A DNA stretch of 58,179 bases, from the NCBI GenBank assembly GCA_964593885.1, contig CAZQKK010000002.1, forward strand, positions 223,204 through 281,382. Direction: 5' to 3'. Numbering within the stretch: position 1 is the stretch's first letter; the number at the start of each line of letters is the position of its first letter. Source of the stretch: an uncultured Candidatus Saccharibacteria bacterium. Its GTDB lineage: Bacteria; Patescibacteriota; UBA1384; CAILIB01. Made by a program: the position numbers and the translations under genes. The notes under the pieces were generated by a model. It searched no databases. It had not been told where the DNA came from and saw nothing but the letters and a program-made list of their open reading frames with translations. This document shows positions 8,813-17,863 of the stretch, one piece after another.

Positions 8813-9142
8813 TTACGCTACAGAAATTGAAGTTACCTTCACCTTGGTGAAGAGTTGACGGTGGCCGAGGGTACGACGCTGTCGCTTCTTTGACTTGAAG
8901 GTAGAGACGCGAATCTTCTTACCTTTTCCCTGTTCAAGCACCTCAGCTTCTACTGAAGCCTTAGCAGCATCTGCCAGGTTATTTTGTTCATCAGCAGCCA
9001 TGACTACTTGGTCAAAAGTGACCTTGTCGCCTACTGCTACTTCTAGTTTTTCTACGGAAATTTCGCTCCCAATTGAAACAATATACTGCTTCCCACCGGT
9101 TGCGATAATGGCCTTCGAGAGTGTGGATTTGGCGGTTGCCAT
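8813..9142 (-). CDS. rplU: 50S ribosomal protein L21
   Basis: 109 aa, AIIATGGKQY..V.. and KKRQRRTLGHRQ motifs. Confidence 0.9.
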   Translation of the reverse strand: MATAKSTLSKAIIATGGKQYIVSIGSEISVEKLEVAVGDKVTFDQVVMAADEQNNLADAAKASVEAEVLEQGKGKKIRVSTFKSKKRQRRTLGHRQLFTKVKVTSISVA

Positions 9143-9191
9143 ACAAAAAGGAACCTAGCGGTTATTTCTGAACTACACTACCAGATTGAGA

Positions 9192-10304
9192 TTAGAAGGT
9201 CAACCGCTTTGATTGAATTACCACAGACTGGATAACCCCCATCGCCAAAAAGTAGGTAATTACGGCAGTTCCGCCGTAGCTCAGGAACGGCAGCGGGATA
9301 CCGGTAACCGGCATAATCCCTATGTTCATCCCCACATTTACGAGGACTTGGAAGAGCAGCATTGCTGCCACTCCCACTGCCACCAGGGAGCCAAATTCGT
9401 CCCCCGAAATCTTCGCGGCGTTAAGGATACGTAAGATGAGGAACATGAAAACGCCAATGATGCCGTACGAACCCACCAAGCCCCAGGCTTCGGCAATGGC
9501 GGCAAAGATGAAGTCTGAGTGCACTACGGGAAGGAAGTTCAGCTGCGACTGACTACCAAAACCAAGGCCTTGGCCGGTAAGTCCCCCTGATCCCACCGTG
9601 ATCTTCGACTGGTAGACGTTGTACCCTGAGCCACCCTTGTCAGCTTCTGGGTTGATGAAGCTGGTGAGACGTTTCTTCTGGTAGTCCTTGAGCACTCCCC
9701 CAAACGGACCGATGTTCTTGAAGGATGCCCCAATCAGCCCCACCGAAAGGACAAGCCCCATAATGAGCACCCCTCGCTGGGCACGGGTGAGTTTTGCGTG
9801 GAGACCTACAACCAGCACAATAACCGCTGTAATCATTGCAGTTCCCAGGTCTGGCTGCACGAGCACCATCACCACAGGCACCAGTGAAAAACCTATGGCG
9901 GTGAGGAAAGCCTGCCTGCTGACAGACTTTGCCTTGGTTTGGAGGGTACCAGCCATGAAGATAATGATCACCAGCTTCCCAATCTCTCCTGGCTGAAACT
10001 GGAAAGGACCGACATCAATCCAGCTTGTTGCACCAAAGACTGTGGTACCAAAGAAGATCACCGCAACGAGGAGTGCCACAAACGCGAGGTAAAACCAGAT
10101 TCGCCACGCTCTGAGCGACCGGTAGTCCACAACAGATGCAGCAAACATCAGGACGAGGCCTGCAACGGTAAACTGCGCCTGCCTGAAAGCGAGAGCACCA
10201 CCCGTATCAATGGTGAGGATGTAGATGAAGATGCAGCTCACCACTCCAAGACCGAGTGGGAGGAGAAAGAGGAAGGGATCGAAGGTTTTGAATCTGCTCC
10301 ACAT
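9192..10304 (-). CDS. SEDS-family peptidoglycan glycosyltransferase (RodA/FtsW)
   Basis: 370 aa, about 10 TM segments, SDFIFAAI.E..G and PLPFLSYGG motifs. Confidence 0.85.
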   Translation of the reverse strand: MWSRFKTFDPFLFLLPLGLGVVSCIFIYILTIDTGGALAFRQAQFTVAGLVLMFAASVVDYRSLRAWRIWFYLAFVALLVAVIFFGTTVFGATSWIDVGPFQFQPGEIGKLVIIIFMAGTLQTKAKSVSRQAFLTAIGFSLVPVVMVLVQPDLGTAMITAVIVLVVGLHAKLTRAQRGVLIMGLVLSVGLIGASFKNIGPFGGVLKDYQKKRLTSFINPEADKGGSGYNVYQSKITVGSGGLTGQGLGFGSQSQLNFLPVVHSDFIFAAIAEAWGLVGSYGIIGVFMFLILRILNAAKISGDEFGSLVAVGVAAMLLFQVLVNVGMNIGIMPVTGIPLPFLSYGGTAVITYFLAMGVIQSVVIQSKRLTF

Positions 10305-10307
10305 GAG

Positions 10308-13172
10308 CTACTTGGCGAGGCTAATCAGGACAGTTTCCCCCTGTACGCTAAGCTCATCGGTTCCCCCACCCTGCCAGCTCTCTTCGGTAACGGTGAGGAA
10401 GGCATCCTCGGTAATGAATGGGTACTTGGTGAAAAGGCTTTCAATCCTTGCCCTAGCATCTGCATCAGCCTTGAACGTAACCATTTCCCCGGGTTGGAGG
10501 TTGAGTTGCTTCCTCAAGTTTTGGATTTGCCTCAAGAAGTCACGGGCATCCCCTGCTTCTTGAAGCTCCTCGGTAACCTCTGGGTTAAGCGAAACGGTTA
10601 CCCCAAAGTCTGTCTTGGTAGGCCAAGATTCTGGGCCTGTGCCATGGTAGACCGAGAGAACATTCACCTCATCTGCCAGAATCTCGTAGAGCTCTTCGGT
10701 GAAAGTTACCCCAGAAACGGTTGCTGCGGCAAGCGGTTGCCTCACCTTGAGCTTCTCACTAGACCTAATGGAGAGGAGGAGCTCAACTGCCTGCCTCAGT
10801 TGTTCCATCTGTTTCTCAAGTGCCTCGTCACGCATCCCACCAGGAACTGGCCAGGAGAGGAGGTGAATTGAGGCTGCGTCAGCATCGCTCCGCAGTACCT
10901 GGTAGATTTCCTCAGCCAGGAATGGAGATATTGGAGCCATCAGCAAGCATACCTGGTGTACCACGTGGTGGAGGGTGGCGAAGAACTCCTGGCCATCTCG
11001 CTTACGTGAGCGCCTGAGGTACCAGGTTGAGAGGTCTTGGACGAAGTCTTCAAGCTCGCGGGTGGCGCGCATGAAGTCGTAGGTCTCAAAGTGGCCTGTT
11101 ACCGTGGCGATAGTGCCGTCGAGGCGGCTGAGAATCCAGCGATCCAGAGTGGTCTGGCTATCTCTAACCTCAGCCACTGGAACAGGCTTGTAGTCTGCGA
11201 GGTTGGCGTAGGTGATCAGGTAGCTTGCGACGTTGTAGAAAGGAAGGAGGGCTTTTCTGAAAGAAGACTGGAGGTCTTTGAAGCCAAAAGGCTTGTTCTC
11301 GCCCGGCGAGTTCACGCTGAACATGAACCACCTCACTGCATCCACCCCACACACCTCAAAGGCATCAGCGGGAGCAATGATGTTTCCCACAGACTTTGAC
11401 ATCTTCTTGCCCTGCTCATCCACCAGGTGACCCATGCAGATAACGTTCTGGTAGGGAGACTCACCCTTCAGAATGGTGCCAATGGCTTGGAGCGAGTAGA
11501 ACCAGCCGCGAGTTTGGTCGATGGCCTCGGCGATGAACTGGGCAGGGTACTCCCCTGCAGCAACTCTCCCCGATGCGAATGGCATAGCACCCGAGTCAAA
11601 CCACACGTCGAGGACATACGGTTCGCGGAAGTACTCAACTCCATCTTTCACCAAGATAACATCATCAATGAAGGGACGGTGGGGATCAAAATCCTCAGGA
11701 AGCTCAGTCTTTGAAAGTGAGCGAAGCTCTGACAGTGAGCCAATGCAGAGAGTCTGGCCACTAGCGGCAACCCAAATTGGGAGTGGAGTTCCCCAGAACC
11801 TCTCACGTGAAATTGCCCAGTCTCTGGCTTCTCTAACAAAGTCACCAAACCTCCCATCGCGGATGTGCTCGGGGATCCAGTTAACCTTGCTATTACTCTC
11901 TACCAGCTGAGTACGCTGAGATGACATCCTGATGTACCAGGAGTCCTTGGCATAGTAGATGAGTGGGGTTTTACACCTCCAACAGTGTGGATAGCTGTGG
12001 GTGATGGTCTGCTTCTTGTAGAGCTTACCTTTCTCGGTGAGGCTCTTGAGGATTGGCACGAGGGCATCTTTCACGTACAAGCCAGCAAACTCGGTTACAT
12101 GTGGTAGGAACACTCCCGTGGTGTCCACGGTGTGTTTCATCACCAGGCCTTGAGCCTTGCCTAGGTTGAAGTCATCTTCACCATACATGCAAGCGGTGTG
12201 GACAATGCCCGAGCCATCGGTGGTGGTAACAAAGTCTGCCAGAATGCTCACAAACTTCTCCCCTTCAGCGCCATCCATAACTCCTGGGAAGAGCGGTGAG
12301 TACCTGAGGCCTGCAAGTTCGCTCCCCTTCTTTTCCTCTAGGATTACGTACTCATCGGTGAGTATTTCAAGGCGTTCCTTGGCAAGGATGTACTCCTGCT
12401 CTCCTTGGCGTACCACTACGTACGTAACATCTGGCCCAAGGGCAAGTGCCACGTGGCCAGGTAGCGTCCACGGTGTGGTAGTCCAGGCGATGAAGCTGCG
12501 GTTTGGCTGATCTACCAGTGGGAAGGTAACGTACACCGAGACATCCTTCACGTCCTGATACTCCTGCGCCACTTCGGCAGCAGAAAGGCCAGTATCACAG
12601 CGAGGACAGTGTGGAATTACCTTGTAGTCTTTGAAGACGAGGTTAGTATTGTAAATCTGTTTTAGCGTCTCCCAAACACCCTCAATGTAGGAGGTGTCGT
12701 AGGTGATGTAGGGGTGTTCCATGTCCATCCAGCGACCAGTTCGCTCAATGAAAGCATCCCAGTCTTGCTTGAATTCCCAGACACTCGTCTTACAGACTTC
12801 ATTGAACTTTTGGATAGAAGCAGCCTCATCCCCTGGAACGAGGTTGAGAATCTGCTGCTTACCTGAGAGGCCGAGGGCCTTCTCTACCTGTACCTCAACC
12901 GGGAGACCGTGGGTGTCCCAGCCTGGCTGGAGAGTAACCTTCTTGCCCCGCATGGCCTGAAACCTGACGGTAGCATCCTTGAAGGCGCTAGGGAGGGTGT
13001 GGTGGAGAGCTGGTTTGGCGTTTGCGGTTGGAGGGCCATCGTAGAACACGAAAGACTCTCCGTTTTCGTTCTGAGCTTGGCGTTTATCAAAAATATGCTG
13101 TTCTTTCCAGAACTTGAGGGTTTCCTCTTCTAGAGAGGCAAAGTGTGGCTGTTGATCTAAGGGTTTGAACAT
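10308..13172 (-). CDS. ileS: isoleucine--tRNA ligase (type 2 / eukaryote-like form)
   Basis: 954 aa. FYDGPPTANAKPALHH (HIGH region), KMSKS, a CP1 editing domain. It lacks a C-terminal Zn-finger tail of the type 1 form. Confidence 0.95.
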   Translation of the reverse strand: MFKPLDQQPHFASLEEETLKFWKEQHIFDKRQAQNENGESFVFYDGPPTANAKPALHHTLPSAFKDATVRFQAMRGKKVTLQPGWDTHGLPVEVQVEKALGLSGKQQILNLVPGDEAASIQKFNEVCKTSVWEFKQDWDAFIERTGRWMDMEHPYITYDTSYIEGVWETLKQIYNTNLVFKDYKVIPHCPRCDTGLSAAEVAQEYQDVKDVSVYVTFPLVDQPNRSFIAWTTTPWTLPGHVALALGPDVTYVVVRQGEQEYILAKERLEILTDEYVILEEKKGSELAGLRYSPLFPGVMDGAEGEKFVSILADFVTTTDGSGIVHTACMYGEDDFNLGKAQGLVMKHTVDTTGVFLPHVTEFAGLYVKDALVPILKSLTEKGKLYKKQTITHSYPHCWRCKTPLIYYAKDSWYIRMSSQRTQLVESNSKVNWIPEHIRDGRFGDFVREARDWAISRERFWGTPLPIWVAASGQTLCIGSLSELRSLSKTELPEDFDPHRPFIDDVILVKDGVEYFREPYVLDVWFDSGAMPFASGRVAAGEYPAQFIAEAIDQTRGWFYSLQAIGTILKGESPYQNVICMGHLVDEQGKKMSKSVGNIIAPADAFEVCGVDAVRWFMFSVNSPGENKPFGFKDLQSSFRKALLPFYNVASYLITYANLADYKPVPVAEVRDSQTTLDRWILSRLDGTIATVTGHFETYDFMRATRELEDFVQDLSTWYLRRSRKRDGQEFFATLHHVVHQVCLLMAPISPFLAEEIYQVLRSDADAASIHLLSWPVPGGMRDEALEKQMEQLRQAVELLLSIRSSEKLKVRQPLAAATVSGVTFTEELYEILADEVNVLSVYHGTGPESWPTKTDFGVTVSLNPEVTEELQEAGDARDFLRQIQNLRKQLNLQPGEMVTFKADADARARIESLFTKYPFITEDAFLTVTEESWQGGGTDELSVQGETVLISLAK

Positions 13173-13586
13173 TTAGAGCTTTCCGTCCAAAGCTGCGTTC
13201 ACGAGGGAATCGGCTACCTTATTCTGCTCGCGTCTGACGTGGGTGAAGGTGAAGGGAATTCCCAGTGTTCGAAGCTGACTGGTTACCTGGCTGTGGAGTT
13301 GCTGGAGAGTAGATTCTTTAACCTTGTACTGCCCCAATAGTTGGCGCTGAACAAGTTCGCTATCTAAGAAAAAGTTGAGTTTTGAAAAGGTGTGATTCTC
13401 CTGGAGGAGAATAATCTGATCAATAGCATCAAGCACACCGGTGTACTCGGCAACGTTGTTGGTGGCCTCGCCAATGCAACGCCCGTGCCTGACGTCTATT
13501 CCTTCTGACTGGAGATGCACCCCCACGGCCGATGGCCCAGGGTTTCCTCGCGCTCCGCCGTCGGTGTGGATGCTCAATTCTTGCAT
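13173..13586 (-). CDS. rnhA: ribonuclease HI
   Basis: 137 aa. HTDGGARGNPGPSA, NNVAEY and KVADSL place the DEDD catalytic residues as in type 1 RNase H. Confidence 0.85.
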   Translation of the reverse strand: MQELSIHTDGGARGNPGPSAVGVHLQSEGIDVRHGRCIGEATNNVAEYTGVLDAIDQIILLQENHTFSKLNFFLDSELVQRQLLGQYKVKESTLQQLHSQVTSQLRTLGIPFTFTHVRREQNKVADSLVNAALDGKL

Positions 13587-13635
13587 GGTACTAGACTAGC
13601 GCAAATCTTGACTGAGTTCCAGGTTGCTGGTAGAT

Positions 13636-13929
13636 ATATGTGGTGCGCTTGGAAGCTCATCCTCTTTGGGGCTGGAGAGCATACCAAGCTGGTAGGTTAG
13701 ATAAGGAAGTCTATAGGGTTACCGCCCAACTAGATAGCACGTAGCTCGGGTTGTCGCCCCATGCCTACCTGCTTCTCAATAACATAACGTTGAGATCCTC
13801 GCCTCGGTGAAGGTGTCCGCTTCCTTACGGAAATAGACCTCGTGGTGCCACTGACCACGTACCCATCTCACCCCCTGTTCGGGTAACCATTGCCGAGGGC
13901 TTCTACTAACCTCGGCAAGCACACCATAT
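13636..13929 (-). ncRNA. unclassified structured RNA, about 290 nt (strand inferred)
   Basis: 376-bp gap with no ORF in a tightly packed region. Terminal helix 13916-13929 with 13636-13651. Local hairpins at 13892-13916, 13841-13859, 13820-13833 (a GUAA tetraloop on the minus strand) and 13774-13795. Long-range helix 13833-13839 with 13708-13714. Three helices have G.U pairs on the minus strand that would be A.C mismatches on the plus strand. Confidence 0.4.
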
Positions 13930-13932
13930 TTT

Positions 13933-13960
13933 AGCCCCACCATTCCGGTGAGGGCTTTTT
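13933..13960 (+). terminator. hairpin plus T-tract oriented for the plus strand
   Basis: AGCCCCACC-ATTCC-GGTGAGGGCT followed by TTTTT. It sits 3 nt from the rsmH stop, but the T-tract is on the wrong side for rsmH. Confidence 0.4.
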
Positions 13961-13962
13961 CG

Positions 13963-14844
13963 TTAACCTACTTTTTCAATTACCCGCATTTTTGCGCTCC
14001 GGCTCCTTGGGTTCTGCTGCTGCTCTTCCTCGCTTGCTTCCACTGGTTTTCTCGTCAGTACGTTCCCCCCAAGATCCCTGAACACGTACTTTACCAGCCT
14101 ATCCTCTAGCGAGTGGAAGCTGATCACGGCAAGCTTTCCACCTGGAGTGAGACCTGCGTAAGCCTCTTTTATCCCCTTTTCCAGCACATCAAGCTCTCGG
14201 TTCACCTCAATTCGCAACGCTTGGAAGGTACGGGTGGCAGGGTGAGGATGCTTGTTCCGAAGCATCGGTGGGTACTGCTCACAAATCACTCCTGCCAAAT
14301 CCAGAGTTTTCCAGAAAGGCTCTTTCTTTCGCCGCTTCACAATTGCCGAGGCAATTTTTTTGGAAAGTCGTTCTTCGCCAAACTGGTAGATGAGGTTGGC
14401 AAGCTGGTACTCGGGCCAGGTGTTCACAATGGTAGAAGCTGTAACGCCGTTTGAAGGGTCCATCCTCATATCAAGGATGCCCTCGCGCATGAAAGAGAAT
14501 CCTCTCTCGGGGTCATCAATCTGCATGCTTGAAACACCAACGTCCATGAGGATGGCGTTTGCTGGAGGAATTTTGAGCGAAGCGTAGTCTCCGAAATTAC
14601 CCTGGATCAGAATACTACCTGGAAACTCTGCCAGCTTCTCTTTGGCAATCTCAACGGCAGCAGGATCTTGGTCGATGCCGTAGAGTTGCAGCTTTGCCCC
14701 AGCATCTTTGGCGGCTGATAAGGCTGCAACACTGTGACCAGCAAGCCCGAGGGTGGCATCAACAAATACTCCCCCTTCCTCAGGTTTGAGGTAGGAGAGC
14801 ACTTCGTGTAGGAGAACGGGAATGTGTGAGAATTCTGACATCAA
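13963..14844 (-). CDS. rsmH: 16S rRNA (cytosine1402-N4)-methyltransferase RsmH/MraW
   Basis: 293 aa. HIPVLL, DATLGLAGHS, GIDQD, MDVGVSS.Q.D and SFHSLEDR motifs. Confidence 0.95.
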   Translation of the reverse strand: MMSEFSHIPVLLHEVLSYLKPEEGGVFVDATLGLAGHSVAALSAAKDAGAKLQLYGIDQDPAAVEIAKEKLAEFPGSILIQGNFGDYASLKIPPANAILMDVGVSSMQIDDPERGFSFMREGILDMRMDPSNGVTASTIVNTWPEYQLANLIYQFGEERLSKKIASAIVKRRKKEPFWKTLDLAGVICEQYPPMLRNKHPHPATRTFQALRIEVNRELDVLEKGIKEAYAGLTPGGKLAVISFHSLEDRLVKYVFRDLGGNVLTRKPVEASEEEQQQNPRSRSAKMRVIEKVG

Positions 14845-15737
14845 CGGCAGAGGTCTGCCAGCGGCGAACAGTACCCATCTGGGGTGAACTGCTGGGAGAT
14901 GGTCTTGAGGGTTTTACCAATTGCAGGAGTTGCTCCTATAGAAGGTGTATCAAAAAGTCTGATAATCGCCAACTTTCGCTCCTTGGTGCCGTCGGCTGCA
15001 ACACCAGTTGCCTCAATGGCGGTAAAGCCAGTACCAATGGTAAAGAAGTTACTGTTTGATGGCGAAGTAGCCGTAAGGACGTTGTGGTGTGTTGTACCAT
15101 TCACTCCAGTATTGTAGTTGGTTGCCGTAATATTGAGAGCCTTTGTAGAAAAATCGGTTACGGTGTAGAAGGTACTCACCCCGGTGCCACTATGAATTAC
15201 GCCACCTCCTGAATTTAGCTCTTCAAAGGTAAATGTACACCCGGCACAGCTGGTCACCGTAAAGGTGATGCTCATACTGAAATAGGGAAGCTGTATTTTA
15301 ATTGTCTGATTAAGAGGTAAATCCCTACTAGTGTAGGTGTATCCTACTGTTTGAGGGTTTTGTGGGGTGAGTACCGTTCGCACCGCAAGTTCGTAGGTTG
15401 GACATCCGGTATCAACACTCTGAGCATCAGATGCGAGGGTGGAACATGAGCTACCGGCAGTGTACCCATGGGTCTTAGCGGTAAGTTGCTGGCCTACACC
15501 AACGGTGCCGTACTGACCAAGGGTAGTAAGGCTACCTGCAGCATTTGCAAACCGGTAGTAGCCATCCTGGAGGGCGCTGTCAGCCATGAGGCTTGCGGTG
15601 GTACGAGACTCGGCACTCCCCCGTTGGCGTGCCGTATTAATGAGTGCACCAGCTCCACTGAGAATAACCACGGAAGCCGCCGCAACGGTGAGGAGGACAA
15701 TGACGAGGGACGAAGCTGGTTTGCGCGTGGTGTTCAT
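14841..15737 (-). CDS. PilX-like pilus-associated protein
   Basis: 298 aa. N-terminal TM helix followed by an ..ADSALQDGY.. region like the PilX N-terminal domain. Thr/Gly-rich beta-type remainder. The stop overlaps the rsmH start (ATGA). Confidence 0.5.
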   Translation of the reverse strand: MNTTRKPASSLVIVLLTVAAASVVILSGAGALINTARQRGSAESRTTASLMADSALQDGYYRFANAAGSLTTLGQYGTVGVGQQLTAKTHGYTAGSSCSTLASDAQSVDTGCPTYELAVRTVLTPQNPQTVGYTYTSRDLPLNQTIKIQLPYFSMSITFTVTSCAGCTFTFEELNSGGGVIHSGTGVSTFYTVTDFSTKALNITATNYNTGVNGTTHHNVLTATSPSNSNFFTIGTGFTAIEATGVAADGTKERKLAIIRLFDTPSIGATPAIGKTLKTISQQFTPDGYCSPLADLCR

Positions 15738-15745
15738 GGAGTAAT

Positions 15746-16462
15746 CTACGGGAGAATTTCGCCAAACTTACTGGTTCTCGTAACAGTGCCGGTAACCAGG
15801 AGTGGCGAAACTCCTAGTGTGGCATCTGTAGGTTTCAGTCTCATTTCATACCTTATAACTGGGGTAGCGAAGAGCTTGCTGGCATCATCGTAGATTGAGC
15901 TGGCAACCACTGGCTTCTCTTGGATGAACTTGAGGTTTGAAACAACGGTTGTGTCATCGGTGAGGTACTGAGACCCTATCTGTGAGCCACCAACACCGCC
16001 CATGAAGGCAAAAATGTCGCCAGTTGTGCAAGCGTAGGTGTTTACGAATACTCCAGGTACGGCTATAGAAGTGAACCTAAAACGTGTGAGTCTCCTGCTG
16101 GTTTCCTCATTGCAATAGACGTGCCATTCAGTTGCTCCAGTTGAGGTACCATTGCCATCCTGTACCTGCACTCGCAGTGCAATGAGATCTTCTTTCTGTT
16201 TTTCGCCATTACTGTTTGTCTTGGTAACTGAACGAATTTCAACTGGGTAATCGGTAATGTTGATGCGTTGGTCAGCTCGCAGCAAATCTTCATCTAGCCT
16301 CGCCTGAATCTGCCGTGCTGCTACCGATAGGCTTTCCCCGCCCTTCCTACCAACTTGCAACCTTCCCACTGAAGCAAAAATGCTGCTGGTGAGAACGATG
16401 AGGCTCACCAGAATAGATGAGGTTACCAGGAGTTCAATAAGGGTAAATGCTTTCTTGTTCAT
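15746..16462 (-). CDS. type IV pseudopilin (minor pilin)
   Basis: Trimmed to MNKKAFTLIELLV.., a prepilin cleavage/methylation motif. Starts 2 nt after the upstream stop. Confidence 0.7.
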   Translation of the reverse strand: MNKKAFTLIELLVTSSILVSLIVLTSSIFASVGRLQVGRKGGESLSVAARQIQARLDEDLLRADQRINITDYPVEIRSVTKTNSNGEKQKEDLIALRVQVQDGNGTSTGATEWHVYCNEETSRRLTRFRFTSIAVPGVFVNTYACTTGDIFAFMGGVGGSQIGSQYLTDDTTVVSNLKFIQEKPVVASSIYDDASKLFATPVIRYEMRLKPTDATLGVSPLLVTGTVTRTSKFGEILP

Positions 16463-16463
16463 G

Positions 16464-17249
16464 CTAGTTTTGCGCCTGCTGTTGCTGCTGCGTAGTGGCA
16501 TTTCCGCCTTGGTTTGCACCGGTATTGCCAGTTGCTCCAAAGTCGGTGAGTAACACGGTTTTGCTAACCTTTACACTGGTGCGAAGGTTAGATACCTCAA
16601 CCTTGAGCTCAAAGGCAGACCCAGTTGCAGCGGCGTTACCTAAGAAGTCAGTAGTAAGGCGTCTCAGGGTAATTTTTCGGGTGTAGTAGTCCCACGTGCA
16701 GACACCAGTACACTCAGCAAAGCTTTGAATCCGCGCCACTGCAGTGGTTGGCAGCAGGTAGTCTACCGTATTTCTAAATTCTGAGCTGGCGAGGTCTGGG
16801 TTGCGGTTCACCGCAATGGTTTCAATACCACCCCCGTTAAAGTCATCTTGGAGGGTGCGCTGTACTCCTAGGGTACCAATGCTACTTTTCACCGATGAGC
16901 TGCAGCTTCCAGCATCAAAACACCAGGAAACTGGGTACACGTTGTTGCCACTGTTAGCTGCGCTCCTGTAGGGAATGATCACCCGTGTAGCGGTTGGTCC
17001 CGGTGGTACCGCGAGTTGGAAAAAATTTGAGAGCGTCTTATCCGCAAGCGTACCGTTGAAGATGTACGCCTGAGTCCCCTTCACTGCGGCAATGGCGTTA
17101 TCTGCCAACTGGTTGGCATGGAAGGCATCTTCGCCAACCTGACCTCCAACCAGGATACTCCTGCTAATTGAGGCACCTGCCCCCAGGGCGAGCACGACAA
17201 TACCCAGGGCAACCATCGTCTCCAGGAGGGTAAAAGCTTTCTTCTGCAT
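16464..17249 (-). CDS. type IV pseudopilin (minor pilin)
   Basis: Trimmed to MQKKAFTLLETMVAL... Gln-rich C-terminal tail. Confidence 0.7.
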   Translation of the reverse strand: MQKKAFTLLETMVALGIVVLALGAGASISRSILVGGQVGEDAFHANQLADNAIAAVKGTQAYIFNGTLADKTLSNFFQLAVPPGPTATRVIIPYRSAANSGNNVYPVSWCFDAGSCSSSVKSSIGTLGVQRTLQDDFNGGGIETIAVNRNPDLASSEFRNTVDYLLPTTAVARIQSFAECTGVCTWDYYTRKITLRRLTTDFLGNAAATGSAFELKVEVSNLRTSVKVSKTVLLTDFGATGNTGANQGGNATTQQQQQAQN

Positions 17250-17253
17250 ATCG

Positions 17254-17850
17254 TTAGCGCTTAACCTCAATTGGCGCACCGCCCTGGCCCATGGTGAGCA
17301 AGGCCGTGATGCTGCTATCCAGAGATGAGGTAAGGGTAATGCTCAAGCTAAGTCCTTGCCCTAGAGCGGGTTGTGTACCAAGAGTTGTGTCGGCAACCGG
17401 CAAACCCTTTTCTAGTGAACCAAAGTAAATTCGGCGAGATGTCCTATTTGATAAGCCAGCAATGTCCATATCTGACACCGTATACACGTTATTTCCTGAA
17501 GTAAGGGTTGAAGCTGGGAATCCAGATGCAAAAGAACTGAGGTCATTTACGCCAGCAATATCCTCAAAAGCAACTACCGTACAGGTAATTGGGGGTGTGT
17601 TTGCGTCATTTCGCGCGAGTTGTGCAGCCGTCCACCTAATAGGGGTACCAGTGGAAAGTGTTGCTCCCTGGGTTCCACCGGCAAGTGACTGTGCGCGCTG
17701 GAAACACGACACCAGATCCTGAGCTTGGGTGTAGAAATCCTGGGTTCTAATGAGTGAGTTGTAACGCGGAATGGCAATACCAGCAAGGATAATGGTGAGG
17801 GTAATGGCTACCGCTACTTCAACTAAGGTAAAAGCACTACTTCGTCGCAT
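17254..17850 (-). CDS. type IV pseudopilin (GspH/FimT-like)
   Basis: Trimmed to MRRSSAFTLVEVAVAI.., a class III signal motif. Confidence 0.7.
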   Translation of the reverse strand: MRRSSAFTLVEVAVAITLTIILAGIAIPRYNSLIRTQDFYTQAQDLVSCFQRAQSLAGGTQGATLSTGTPIRWTAAQLARNDANTPPITCTVVAFEDIAGVNDLSSFASGFPASTLTSGNNVYTVSDMDIAGLSNRTSRRIYFGSLEKGLPVADTTLGTQPALGQGLSLSITLTSSLDSSITALLTMGQGGAPIEVKR

Positions 17851-17863
17851 TGGTATTTGAAAC

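Noticed and set aside
9939-10871. 310-aa plus-strand ORF (and 10225..10563) spanning the rodA/ileS junction
   Set aside because: It lies entirely antisense to two genes with unmistakable family signatures. Its composition is low-complexity and Glu/Arg-rich, typical of shadow ORFs. No promoter or ribosome-binding site is evident.
13636-13960. Assigning the rsmH-rnhA structured region to tmRNA, RNase P RNA, SRP RNA, or a cobalamin or c-di-AMP riboswitch
   Set aside because: tmRNA: GGGGCU/AGCCCC(ACCA) ends exist, but there is no G3.U70 pair, no T-arm and no plausible tag ORF, and that pairing crosses the strong terminal helix. RNase P: there is no GGAAAGUCC/ACAGAA pair in a workable order or spacing. 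SRP: the GUAA hairpin lacks the conserved symmetric-loop sequence. The riboswitch-like strings (GCCACUG, CUAACCUCGG.AAGC) are on the strand that has no downstream gene. I left it as unclassified rather than naming it.
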